DNA from: the human T2T-CHM13v2.0 reference genome, Homo sapiens
Assembly (NCBI RefSeq): GCF_009914755.1
Contig: NC_060927.1
Length of the DNA stretch: 64,000 nt
Strand: one strand, 5' to 3'
The first letter of the stretch is position 1, and every line of letters begins with the position of its first letter. This document shows positions 44,960-61,050 of this stretch, one piece after another. Below the pieces are notes generated by a model. That model was not told where the DNA came from and made no database searches. It saw nothing but the letters and a program-made list of their open reading frames with translations. Position numbers and translations under genes: made by a program.

Positions 44960-45150
44960 AGTGATGATGATGGTAGTGCTGTGATGATGCTAATCAATGG
45001 TGGGGGTGTGGGAAGAGAAGAGAACTGGTAGAGATGATAGCGGCAATGGTTAATGGTGATAGTGATCAACAAAGTTGATCATGACAATGATGGCATGTTG
45101 TAGGAGTGGAGGCAAGTGAGGGCAGGTGGTTGATGGTGATGGTGATGGAA
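44960..45150. repeat. Degenerate (GAT/GGT)n low-complexity tract
   Basis: Recurrent gatgatg / ggtgatggtgatgg. Confidence 0.6.
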
Positions 45151-47661
45151 AAGTCTTTACCCCTGGTAGGAAAATTGTGACTGGGTCCATCAAGGCCACA
45201 ATGGCTAGGACAAAGAAACCCAGAGAGATCCATGCCACCCTGCCAGGGAGCTAAGTATAGGCTCTTAGTTCAGGCCTCACTGTCATTCACACTGGCACCC
45301 ATCCCCTATGGTATCCCTCTGCTTGCATGGTTCATAACCCTCCAAACTGCAGTCCCACACAGCTAGGCATCCAACTATCTTAGCCAGGAGGCATTCAGAA
45401 TCATCTGGAGAGTGAAGGGAACCCCTGGCACTAGGGTCCTCTGACACTTGCCTGGGAAGAAACAAGAATGCCTGGTGCTTCTTAAGTGTCCCACCATGAG
45501 TCACAGACTTCAAAGTACAAAGGGCCTTGGAGGAAGTAGTCTGAGACTCCAGGCCCTGACTGGGCCTTGCCCCACAAGGCCATTACCTCACTGTGTAGGG
45601 ACACCTTTTTACAAAACTGCATGGCCTAGCACAGCATGAACCTAGCTCAGCCCTCCTGGGCTACATGGAATTGGCCTGCTAATCCCACAGAAGCACGCTG
45701 CTGCAGCTGAAAGGAGGAGGAGGGGTTCAGTCTCAGGGCTTGGTGCTAGCAGATGCGACATTCAGGAGCTGGAACTGCCAGGCTGCCCTGCATACCTGGC
45801 ACGGCAAGGCTGTGTCAGCTCCAGGGAGGGCTGGGGGTCCTGAGTGAGCAGAATGAGGAGCTCTGCACCATCCTTCAAGGCCTGGCCACACCGCCCAGGA
45901 AGTATCACTGATCTGCTCACCTGGGTCCTGTTCCACCTCTCAGGTAAAACTTGGCCAGTCTCTCTCTCTCTCACACCACTCTCTTCTGGGTTGTAGCAAT
46001 AAAAGTCAGTAACATGATGGCATTTTATTGCGTACTAAGGCCCTCCCATCACTGAGCTCCTGGACTGGGCTGCCCACATCCCAGGGCCCTCCCCCAGCTC
46101 CATGCCCAGAGCACTTTTAATTTTGACATCAGTTTTTGCTCAAAGATTTGGGAGGAGGACAAAGTTATGTGACATTTTAATGTTAAATACAGATGTAATA
46201 TGAAGTAAAAGCAAACTTCCTTAAAGCAGAGGCTTTGAGAATTCTCAAGCTTGCCAGGGACTCTTAGCTGTACACCTCCTCACCCCCAAGGGCTTACCCC
46301 ACTAGGTTCTTGGGCTGCTTCCAAGGAAAAGTATGACAGTGCTGTTTGACACCATCACACCAAATCCTATTAAAAATCCAGATGATTTGCATCACTATAT
46401 CCATTCTCACAGTGAGGATGCTTGGGGTGGTCATGGGATTTGCCCAAGCTCCCAGAGCCAGCAGAGAGTCATGACTGGTCTGCAAGCCTCCTCATCCAGC
46501 CTCCTTCCAGGCTTCCGGCTGGCCTCCAGCAGAGCAGGCCCTCACCAGCTCCACCCATGGCTAAGTCCCACAGCCAACTCAGGAGCTGTCACATCTACTA
46601 TCTTCAGGCCAAGGTTGGGCTAAGGGTCAGTGGCAAAGGGCAGCTAGATGGCCTCAAGCTCCCTATCTCCATAATGCCTCCCAATTAATCTCAAATAAAA
46701 ATAATCATATGTGACAACGGATGTTTTCTCAGTGTTATGGGCAGCATGAGATACCTTTAGAAATCCTGGCTATGTTTGTGGATCTGTGCTTCTTTGTGAA
46801 TCAAAGAAAGAGAATGCTGCTACGTGAACCCAGTTTCATGACCAGTCCCCCAGTCCATTCAGATGCCACCCAGACCTTCTGTGCTGATATTGGTGAGTGA
46901 GATCATTCCATTTTTTGTCCTCAGAGCACTGCATACTTTTCAGTGGTGTTTATTACTTGTTATAATTAATTACCCCTTACTTTGAACAAGTGGGACAACA
47001 GAGGGTACAAGCAGAAAACATTTTTATTCCTGCCCCTAAATCTCCAGTAGTCCCATGGCTTTCCAAACCACTCTTGAATAAAAAGCCTTCCAGTCCCTTC
47101 TAATCTCAAAATCCTACAATAAAGATGACCAGTCGAGTGCAATCATCAAAACTCCAAACTCTGTTAAAGGATAAGGCTTCTCTCCTCCTCAGCTCAGGCC
47201 TGCTGCAGCCTGAGGAGCCTGCAGTGGGTCCAGGTCTCTTTACTGTCAGCTTCTCCTACGCTGCCTGGCAAAAACTGGTGTTCTGGAAGTGTTTTGTGGG
47301 ATGGATTCTCCATTCTCTAACCTGCAAAATGGAGGTATTACCACTTGCACTGCTTATCTCACAGGGTTGAGATGTAAAATAAGGAGGATAAAGTGACTGA
47401 GCAAGTCATTTCCTGAATATGTACCCTGCGACATCTCTCCAGAACTCTGTAGTATGCTCTCCAGCTGGAAGACTACTCCCAAACCCCTTTCTCCTGGCCA
47501 ACTCCACTCTCTCTAAAAATTCAGCTCTTGGAAAGCCTTCCTGACAACCCCATGCTGAGTCTGGAGTCCCACTACCCACCATGCTGCTTGACCACTGTTT
47601 GTGCTTGTGTTTTCTTATTCTCTGAGATCCACCATCACATTCAGAAGTGGTGTTTGTTGAA

Positions 47662-47773
47662 TAAAAGGAAGGGAAGAAGGAAGGGAGGAAGGAAGGGAGG
47701 AAGGAAGGGTGGAAGGGAGAAAGGAAGGAAAAAAGAAAGGAAGAAAGGAAGGGAAGGAGGGGAGGAGAAAGGA
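47662..47773. repeat. Polypurine (GGAA/GGGA)n tract
   Basis: About 110 nt that are almost purely A/G on the plus strand. Confidence 0.95.
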
Positions 47774-49313
47774 GTATAACTGTCTTGTATCAATGGTGAT
47801 GAGAATTTACCAATGTGAGGTTGGTATTATGTGCAATAAATAAGAAAGGGCAGAGGCAAGAAATAAAAGCAGAAAAAGGGAAGGGGCAGGGTAGGAGAGA
47901 AAGGGGAAGTGGAGAACCAGAGACAACCATTTTGTGCAGAAGAGACGGTGAAGGGCAATCTACCAGGATCCACAAGCTTAAAGTGAGAATACACAGAGCA
48001 GAGTGGGTGGGGACCAGCTGCTCCCTGGATCTTCTAATGACCAGCAGTAGGAAAGGGGACGGAGAGCGGGGAAAGACTGGGGTTAGAGGGCTGGTCAGAT
48101 TCTTACTTTCTCTGCTTCTCACCCTCCCTCTTGCTCACTGGCCTCAGTCCTTTTGGGGCTGGCATGTAGGCAAGTGGGTGGGAATTCAGAACAAGATTAC
48201 CTCTAAAGAAATCCTCCAAATGCCTTCTTTCTCACCCTTCCCTCATATTCTTGAAATGGAACATTATGTGAACATTTTCTTGCAAATTCTACATGTGGTG
48301 ATCTGTCTCAGACTTGCCTGGAATCTGTCACATTGCTGCTTCAGTCAAACTGAACAGGACAAGAAGAGTCCCATTTTAACATCTATTACACTAGTAAAGA
48401 ATAGCAAAAGGAAATAAATATTACAGCACTAAGCGTGGGAGAGGGAACCCTCAGCAGGGTTTGATGGATATCAGATAGAACCATCCTAACGGACTAAGTG
48501 GGGCAGAGAAAGCAACAAGTAAAGGTGCTGGAGGTGCCTGCAGGTGGTGAGAGCTGCTGCTCACCGAGGTCCTAGGGAGACTTCGTGGTCATAAGGTACA
48601 GGCACAGAGGGCAGGAGCCAGCAGGGAGGAAAAGTCAGGGTGAGTCCTGGAAGTGCTATATGCAAAGAGTTGTATCAAAGAGCACATCCACACTACGCGT
48701 GCCCCTCTCTTAAGGAGGAAGAACAACAGACTAAGATGGCACCCAGCCCAGGCCAAATCAGAAGGTGCCCTCTTATAGATATTAGACAGGATCCTCAAGG
48801 AAGACTAGAGCTTCTGATGCCTGTGTTGGCATCCCCAAAAAAGGCTTCTGTATTTTATCATGGGTGCATCAGGGGGTCCTGGCCATGGCCTCTTAATGGA
48901 ATCCTGCAGGTCAATATGCCCAAGCCTCCCACTTAGGGGAGAGGGCTGTTGAATCCCTCTCTACATGACAATCCACATGGTGGTAGAGAAAACCAGCCAT
49001 CTATATTAAACCACAAATCCTACAGTCACAGATATAAATGGACAGCCAAAGATCCTTAGATCTTTCAGTAAAACCAACAGCCCAACAAAAAAAGAATGAA
49101 GATAAATAGAAAAGTGAACTCAGGAGAAATAGAGACAGTTTAGGAAATAACTTTTAAAAAAACCTCCTGTGTATCTTTAGTGAGATTCTAGGTTTTTCTT
49201 CCACAGACAAGAAAAAAAGAAATAAGAGAAAATAATAAAGTGTTCTTAGAAATTAAAAATGTAATTGTCAACATTTAAAAAGCAATCAAAGAATGGAAAG
49301 ACATACATGAGAA

Positions 49314-49500
49314 CAGTGGTTCTCAAAATGTGATCCCCAACCAGTAGCATCAGCATCACCTGGGAACTTATTAAAATGAAAATGTCTGGGGTTCCAGCCC
49401 AGATTATTGCATCAGACACTCTAGGGTTGGGGCCCAGTGGTCTGTATTTTCATAAGGCCTCCAGGTGATTCTGATGCTCACTCAAGTTTGAGGACCACTG
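49314..49500. mobile_element. MER5A, complete
   Basis: TIRs cagtggttctcaaa / tttgaggaccactg; internal cagcatcacctgggaactt. Confidence 0.93.
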
Positions 49501-49864
49501 ATCTACTTGGAAGGGAAAAAGGAGTTCTTGAGGAGGCAAGAGGGAGTGAGGACTAGAGAACAAATAGAGAGGCTGGCCTTTCTAAGACCAGGGACACCTT
49601 TCCATTCTAGCAGGAGAAAAGGCAAAAATGATAAAAATGGGTACAGATGGGCTTATAGATTTAATAGTAGAAAGGAAAAATAAGTTTCCTTCCTACGTCT
49701 TCTACACTATCCACAATAATAAGCTGAGGCTAAAAGTGAGGCAGGGGAGGAGAACTGTAAGAAAATGTTTGAAGAGAGAGATATAGAGTGTATTGAAATT
49801 GCTTAACAAAATGAGGGCCAATTTGAAGTTTGAGGTCTTGAATTAAAAGTGAAACCAACACCAA

Positions 49865-50983
49865 ATAGGCTAATCAATCAATCCTTGGCAAAAAGAATAC
49901 AACTGGAGGCATCACACTACCTGACTTCAAAATATACTACAAAGCTATAGTAACCAAAGCAGCATGGTACTGGCATAAAAACGTACACATAGACCAATGG
50001 AGCAGAATAGAGAACCCAGAAACAAATCTATGTATTTACGCCCAACTCATTTCTGACAAAAGTGCCAAGAACATTCACTGGGGGAAAGGACAGTCTTTTC
50101 AATAAATGGTGCTGGAGAAACTGGAGATTCATATGCAGAAGAATGAAACCAGACTCCTTTCTTTCACCATATATAATATAAAAGTAAAGTAAAACTGAAT
50201 TAAACACTAAAATGTAAGACCTGAAACTGTAAAACTATTAGAAAACAGGGGATATGCTTCAGGACATTGGTCTGGGCAAAGATTTTATGGAGATCTCAAA
50301 AACACAGACAACAAAAGCAAAAACAGGCAAATGGGATGACATCAAACTAAAAAGCTTCTGCACAGCAAAGGAAGCAATCAACAGAGTGAAGAGACAGTCC
50401 AAAGAATAGCAGAAAATATTTGCAAACTATTCATCTGACAAGGGACTAATATCCAGAATATACACAGAACACAAACAACTCAACAGCAAAAATAATAATA
50501 ATAATAATTCAGCTTTAAAAAAATGGGTGAATGATCTGAATAGATACCTCACAAAGGAGGCATACAAATGGCCAAGTATATGAAAAAATATTCAATATCG
50601 CTAATTGTCAGGGAAATGCAAATCAAAACCACAATGAGATCTCATCCTAATTTGCATGGCTATTATCAAAAAGATTAAAAACAACAAATGCTGGTGAGAA
50701 TGTGGAGAAAGGGGAATGCTTATATTCTCTTGGTGGCAATGTAAATTAGTAAAGCCATTATGGAAAACAGTATGGAGGTTCCTCAAAAAATGAAAAATAG
50801 AACTACCATATGATCCAGCAATCCCACTATTGAATATTTGTCCAAAGGAAAGGAAATCAGTATGTCGAAGAGATCTCTGCAGTCTCACGTTTACTGCAGC
50901 ATCATTCACAATAGTCAAAATACGTCATCAACCTAGGTCTTTTCATCAACAGATGAATGGATAAAGAAAATGTGGTATATATA
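49865..50983 (+). mobile_element. L1MA-type ORF2 end / 3' UTR fragment, cut by the L1PA6 insertion
   Basis: ggaggcatcacactacctgacttcaaaatatactacaaagctatagtaacc; ends gataaagaaaatgtggtatatata. Confidence 0.88.
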
Positions 50984-54276
<3,293 letters not shown>

Positions 54277-54720
54277 TTAAGAACTTTAAGAAATGTAATT
54301 AACAGACTTAGATGACTTAAAAAGCCTGTTTACAATGATTAAAGAAACAATAAATGCTATAAAAACAAAAGCAATTACTGGGATTAAAAAGATAAGTTTT
54401 AAAAGAAAACTTTTAGTAATGAAAAATATAGACATTGAACTTTAAACCCAAATGCATTAAACAGTAGAAAGACAAAACTGAAAAAAAAAACTGAAAAATC
54501 AGAAGGTAGGTTGGAAAAAGTACACCTAGAATGCAGTACAGAAAGTTAAAAAGAAGAAAAATATTTTTAAAAAAGAGGTTATGAGATATGGAAGATAAAA
54601 TAGGAAGGAACAATATTAGCTTTCAAAAATATTTGTTTTCTCTCTCTTATTGTTAGACTTTAATTAACCCAACAATAAACTCTGATTCTAAACCCACAGC
54701 TTGACATTTTCTCTTAGACA

Positions 54721-54883
54721 ACAGGAAGTGAATCAAATGCTAATTGTAGCAATGTGCTAGTTATAAAATAATATTTTCCTTAGATCTTCAAAAACACTTT
54801 CAGCGCAACTTCCTGGTATCCTGTGCCTAGATAAGACAGTGTATTTTTAACAACGGCACTGTGTACTTTATAATTTTACCGCA
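54721..54883. promoter_or_regulatory. Candidate enhancer: ETS x2, GATA and RUNX motifs
   Basis: ACAGGAAGTG 54721, ACTTCCTG 54808, AGATAAGA 54829, ACCGCA 54878, in apparently unique DNA. Motif evidence only. Confidence 0.35.
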
Positions 54884-56139
54884 AAAAAATTTTTTAAACT
54901 TAAAAATAAATCAAGGAACCTAATTCCCAAGGTGGGAAAGAATAAGAGAAGTGTCATTTGTCATGAAATCACCTTCACAGTTGTTGGTACCTCCCTTTCA
55001 TGGTAGGACAGCCAACAGTGTCAGACCTTCATAATGACACTCTAGGTGATGTTCGTGCTGGCGAAATAGAGTAAGGAGGTGGCAATTAGTTCGCGGGTTA
55101 CTTCCTTAGTGGCTCATGGTCACAGGCTGCAGCCCAACCCCAGCCAGTGCCCTGTGACCTCTGGGTCCAGAGGTCAAGGCCATTGGGCTGAAGTTGTTAC
55201 CACCACTAGAAAAGCAACTCTGGGACTCTGGCTGGATCATGTACATGCGTAAGTGTAGGTTGAGTAAATAAACACTACAAGCCTGTGCACTGCCATGGGG
55301 ACACAGCTGGGGGAAAGGCACTCCAGCTGGTGGAAAGGCACTCCATCCATGGGGCTGGTGTGAAAACTCCCAACACATGGCCATCTCGCCCTGTATGTAA
55401 ACATTAAGGATATGTGTCCATGTCTGTATTTCTTTTGGGAATATGTGTCTTAGAAACCAACCCTGTCTCTGGCAGATCTTTCTCCAAGTCTTTTGAATGC
55501 ATTTAGGTTTTTTCTGTCAGTAGGAACTCTTTGAATAATGAATTCCATATATATATTTCTGGGTAAGCTATGGTAGGATTAGCTTTCTTTGGTCAGTAGA
55601 AGTACTCTCTCACTCCCAGAAATCATCATATTTAGTAAAGCCTAAGTGCTACAGGAAGTCACAAAGAAGCGGGTGGAGTGGTCCGTCTTCCCTTGGGGAG
55701 CTTACAACATAAAATAGGCAAAAAACAAACAAACAAAAAACCCAGTCTTTTTCACATGATTTTATGCATCCACACTTGTTGAAGGAAAACCTTTCTCATG
55801 ACAGTATTATGAATGTCTGAAATAAATGCTTGAGTGATATTCAAAACAGGAAAATGAAGGTAACTCTGGCAGGCAGTGTAGCATCGAGGAAAATGGGGAC
55901 AGGAGGCCCAAACAGGATGTTACTGACAATGTCTGGGAAAGGGAGTGGAGAGGGTAGGAAAGGCTGGCCTCATCAACCCTGCAGGCACTCTCAAGAGGAT
56001 TAGGGGCTGGACAGAGCTTGTCAGAGAGACCCTAAGCTCTACCCCTGGATGACTCAGGAAAAACAACGCAAGGAGTGGAGGTGGCTTCCTGGGTGGTCCT
56101 GGTAGAGGGCCGGGAAGGGAGAGGATGAGTTTAGCTGAG

Positions 56140-56470
56140 GTGGCTCTGTGACATCCAGGGGGACAATGTCAGAAAGAGATGTCCAGAGGTCCTGGACCAG
56201 TGACCAGGTATGGGGTGCTGGGGACAGAGCAGGTATCTGAACACAGATGGAGTCACTGAGGGACAGATGTGAGGGAGAAGACTGGGACAGGAACCTTAGA
56301 AACCCCTGATATTTTGGGGAGTGGGAGAGAGGTGGAAGCCTGTGCATAAAGTGAGAAGAAGAAAAGCCCCAAGAGAGAAGCGTTGAAGGAAGAGAGGGTT
56401 TTAAGCAGGGTGATGTGGTCGGCAGTCAGGAGGATGACTGAGAAAAGGTCACTGAATCTGGTAGCTGTAG
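56140..56470 (-). mobile_element. L2 fragment
   Basis: Purine-rich L2-like blocks (gacatccagggggacaatgtcag, aggatgactgagaaaaggtcactgaatctgg). Confidence 0.5.
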
Positions 56471-58799
56471 TCTGGAGCCTGCAGAGGGAGCAGCTCCAGA
56501 AAGTGAGGGCACTGGCCCCAGGTCACGGGAGTGGAGGGCAGGGGGCCCTCACGGCCCCACTCACATGTAGACAAGAAGAGAGTGACCAAAAATGGGAAAA
56601 TCACAGATGGAAAAGACCATAAATAGAACAAGGTCTGGGGAATCCAGGGTGGAAGGGGACAGTAGTATTCACAGGAGGGACACAGGGATGAGAACATTCT
56701 TCTGAAATAGGGGCAGGCTGACTAGGAGCCCTGGATAGATTTGGAGCTGCTGACTAGAGCTGAGACAAGGCAGGGTTAAAGAGGCACAGGGGGAGAGTCA
56801 GAAAAGGAGGGTGAGGGTGAGAGGAGAGGATGAGGGGGCCAGGCAGGGTGAGAGGGTGAGGGAGAGGACAAGGACGACAGTGATGAGCGTCTGTGGGATT
56901 GGATACCAACTGGACAGACCACATCACAAACTCAAGAGGGCCCCTGGCCTTACCTGCTGCTTAGAAAATGAACCTGAGGTCACGCTGGGGCCAGCCCTCC
57001 TTTTTCTAGAGCCGTGGAGACCTTGAGGTCTACAGAGGCAACCACTCAGCTAGTGGCGGCTTTTCTGGGAACACTCCCGACAGCCCCCAGCCCAGTGAGT
57101 CCTTCTGGCTTCTTGGTTTGTTTCTGAGGCTTCCTCCCCTCACCCACAACTTCCAGGGCAGTGAGGTGATGTTTCCTGTGCAATTCCTCCTGGAATTCCT
57201 GCCCAGCCTTGTGGGAGTTTCTAGCTATCCTGGAGAGTCAAGCTGTGCCATTCTTGCCCACTGTGATGACCCAGACAGGCCCTTGGATCCCCCCATGATG
57301 GGATGGCTCTGACAGCTGTGAGAATAGGCTAGAGTTGGGGAGGCTGGAGGCAGCCCTATGAGGAAGGGTTGTGTGGTCCAGAGGGATGGAGATGGAGTGA
57401 AGAGAAGACGGAGATGCGGAGGCAAATTTATAAGTAGTGGATTTAGTACGGGGTGAGAGAAAGAAAACAAGGCTGGTGTCATACCAGTGGCATTGGATGT
57501 TGTCATCTGGACGAGAGGCTTCTGAATAAGAAGTGCACTAGGTGAGCCTGTGATATCCGAGTGTGTTTTCTCCAAGCCTGGGAAATCTCAGGGAAGAGAG
57601 CAGATGTCTGCTTTCCTGAGAGGGGATGGAATGTGAACAGGGCCTCTGAACGACAGGATGGAGGCATGAGAGGGGCCACTTCTCAGGTTCAGTCTCTGCA
57701 GGGACTTCCCTGAGAGATTCGGGGCCGAGGTCTGAGCCCAGTTCTGGGGTGGCTCTAGGAGGCCCATGCTGGTGGGACCATGTTTGTCCCAGCCCCCTAT
57801 CTCCCAGCTCCTGCCCTGGAAGCAATGATAGCCATCTGGATCTGAAGGACTGGCCAGACCTCTCTCACTAACCTGAAAAAAGAAATCTCTTTCCCTGACC
57901 TAGTATGATGCAGTTTTCCACAGGAGCTTTTTTTTTGTTTTCACCTCTGGGAAATAAAGCATTTGTTTTCCAAAAAACTGATTCTTGGATTAAAAGACTG
58001 GGCTTTGCAAAAAAAGTTTTAATAAAATAAAACTTATCCAGTTGATGCCAGAAGTGATTTCCTTACTCTCAGGCTGAGGCTCACTCCAGGGTGTGTGCAA
58101 AGCTGCAGTCACACCCTGAGACCAGGGTAGTATGAGGTTCAGAGATGCAATCTCTCACCATACTATTGTGTCCAATGAGAAAGCCATACCCAAGGACAGA
58201 CGTGATGGCCACTTGCATGAACAGACGGCCATGCATGTCCTGTTACTAACACACAAACTCTAGCAGCACTCCTGTCCTAGAGGCAGCAGCTCAGGCAGTT
58301 CCCTCTTAGGGCAGGGGGCTGCCTCCCGTCCAGGGATCACCTGTGTTTCTGGACGGGATCCCCATGTGCTTAGGCTTCCTAGGTTTTACCAGCCCTTTGG
58401 GGAAGGCTCTCTGGGGCTCAAACCCTGGGGGTGGCCACAGCTTCAGAGCCTCTCTTCCCACATACACTGTGCCGTAACTGGCTGGTTATATACCCCAAAC
58501 CACCACCTTACTCCTCCCCGCCACCCTCACCAGACAGTGAGGACAGGATGGCCTCCTTGGCTTCTTCATTCCCAGGGCCTGGCAGAGCTCAACTGTTCTA
58601 GTTTAATGAACAGACCGATGACTGAATTCTCAACCAGCTGATCAAATCCCTTTTGGTGTAGTATAAACTCACTGTTCCTGAGTGGCAAGGAGACACAGCC
58701 AACTTGCATCTCTCTAAAAACCCCTCCCACACCCAAGGGCTGGCAGAAAGATAAAGCAACGATAGTGCTGTACTCCTTTGCGCCTCTGCACCCACAGGG

Positions 58800-59700
58800 T
58801 CATAGGCTTGGCATTGAACCCAACATGGGGAGCAGCTGGGTTAGCAGCCATCTGCCCATTCTGTCCTGCAAGTGACCTGCTAGCTATGGTCCAGTGTGAA
58901 AAGATGTGATGAGTGGGGCCAATCAGATTGCCTGTCTTGGGAATTTGGTGTGAAAATAAGCACAGCAACTGCCAGGTTGCAGCAGATATGTGGTGTGTAT
59001 GTAGTGGCTTAGAAAGGCCGGAACTGGTGTGATCGTTAATATTGAGTGTCAACTTGATTGGATAGAAGGATGCAAAGTATTGATCCTGGGTGTGTCTGTG
59101 AGGGTGTTGCCAAAGGAGATTAACATTTGAATCAGTGGGCTGGGAAAGGCAGACTCACCCTTAATGTGGGTGGGCACCATCTAATCAGCTGCCAGCGTGG
59201 CTAGAATATAAAGCAGGTAGAAAAAAAAAACGTGAAAAGACTAGACTAGATGGGCCTAGCCTCCCATCCTACATCTTCCTCCCCTGCTGGATGCTTCCTG
59301 CCCTCGAACACTGGACTCCAAGTTCTTCAGTTTTGGGACTCGGACTGGCTTTCCTTGCTTCTCAGCTTGCAGACGGCCTACTGGGACCTTGTGATCATGT
59401 GAGTTAATACTTAACAAACTCCCCTTTTTATATACATATATATATGTATATATATATGTATATAAAAGGATATATATATATCTCCTATTAGTTCTGTCCC
59501 TCTAGAGAACCCTAATACAACTGGCCATATGTAAGCTTAAGTTACAAACTACAAAGAAGCAGAGAAAGATGCCAGCTGATAGCCAGAGAAACAGAGTGGA
59601 GACTTTAAGAGCCTAGGGATCAAGAACAGCTTTGTGGGAGGTGGGTTTTGTAGGTGAGGAGGAGATACCCAGATGGACACGAAGTGGAGTGTGGTACAAG
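58800..59700. mobile_element. Old MLT1 (L/N-type) LTR remnant hosting MLT2A1
   Basis: ggggccaatcagattgcctgtcttgggaattt motif. Confidence 0.45.
59028..59519 (+). mobile_element. MLT2A1 (HERV-L) solo LTR
   Basis: tgtgatcgttaatattgagtgtcaacttgattgg...tctgtccctctagagaaccctaataca; internal (TA)n. Perfect TSD actgg (59023-59027 / 59520-59524). Confidence 0.94.
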
Positions 59701-60122
59701 TATATGATGAGAATAGAGTATGTGTGTAGGCAGTGTGACTGCTGTGCAGGAACACCAAACATGCTCTGTGCCTGCTTCAACTCTGGAAACCTCCAGCTCA
59801 CCATGGTTGGTTTCCCAAACCATGGCTTCACTCCAGGTGTTTCATCTCTCAGAACTCTGCCACCTCTGGACTTCAACCCAGATCCTACTCTAGCCACAAA
59901 TGACTAATCCCATTCCAACCACTTTCTCCCTTAGTCCCACATCTACTCTGCAGGGTTCCAGGTCCTCAATCTCCTGACCTAACTACCACGCCCAGCCGGA
60001 GCTCATGGCTATCCACCTGAACTACATCTCACCAACACCCTAAAACTCTCTTGCCCCACTATCCTCACACCTGTCCAGAAAAACTCCAATCCTGCATTAA
60101 CCCCACAGCCAGCCTTCTCTTT

Positions 60123-60570
60123 TGTAGCAGACAATTAGCTGGCCCCTCAAATCCATTATCTTCGTCTTCCATAGTAATAGTTTTAGTTGGGAACCTGGAT
60201 GCCAGCTAGACTCCTTTCTCAGAGGTCCTTGCATCTAGGTGCCTAAATTCTTGACAATAAAATGTGAGCAAAGGTGATGTGTACAACATCTCTGTTATTT
60301 GTCTAAAAGGAATTAACTTGCTTTTCACTTCTGCTCCTGCCCCCTCCCAGAAGCTGAGATGTGGTAGAGACTCAGCATTGGCCATGCAGCCACATTAACA
60401 TGGCCTATGGGATGGCAGGACAAGATGGAAGGGAACTGGGATCTTGAATGTTTCTGAACATGAACCACACCACCAGCCTGGGCCACTCTCCTCCCTTTGG
60501 ACTCTCATATAAGAGACAGAACATTCATCTTATTTAATCCACTCTGTATTACAGCAGATTCTATTGCAGC
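60123..60570 (+). mobile_element. MLT1J-type LTR
   Basis: ccttgcatctaggtg...aaatgtgagcaaaggtgatgtgtacaac; ggatggcaggacaagatggaaggg. Confidence 0.65.
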
Positions 60571-60879
60571 CAAATTCACGGAGAAAAATGCCATAACCAG
60601 TCAGGGCAGTACTGCTATAAATTCCTGTCTCTAACCTCAGCTGACCTCACTTGCACTGCTCTTGGTCAGCTCCCTTTCAGATTTCCCTTAGAGAAACCTT
60701 CACACTCTTATGATGCTTACAGACTCCTATCCAACACCTCTCACTCTAAACCAACAATACCGTCTCTTATGTCATTAAATGTTGAGACCACCAAGTAGGC
60801 TCTCCTAACACATCCTTCAATTCTTTCCTCTCATCCCAACTGTACAGGTGTCCTGTGCGTGCTCTGGTCAGACTCCCTA

Positions 60880-61050
60880 GATGAGAATCACAGCTCCACT
60901 ATGACCTGTGCAATCTATCTCAACCTCCATTTCCTCAACTGTAAAATGGAAATTAGTAACAATTGTTGTCAAGATTAAATGAGATCATGCATGTACAGCA
61001 ATCAGTACAAGGCTGTATAGTAGGCAATGACCACCTGCTACTATCATTGC
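60880..61050 (+). mobile_element. MIR
   Basis: tttcctcaactgtaaaatgg...ttgttgtcaagattaaatgagatcatgcatgta. Confidence 0.8.

Noticed and set aside
47815-48417. 200-aa plus-strand ORF
   Set aside because: GTG start; the first part comes from purine-rich low-complexity DNA depleted of stops; no homology recognised.
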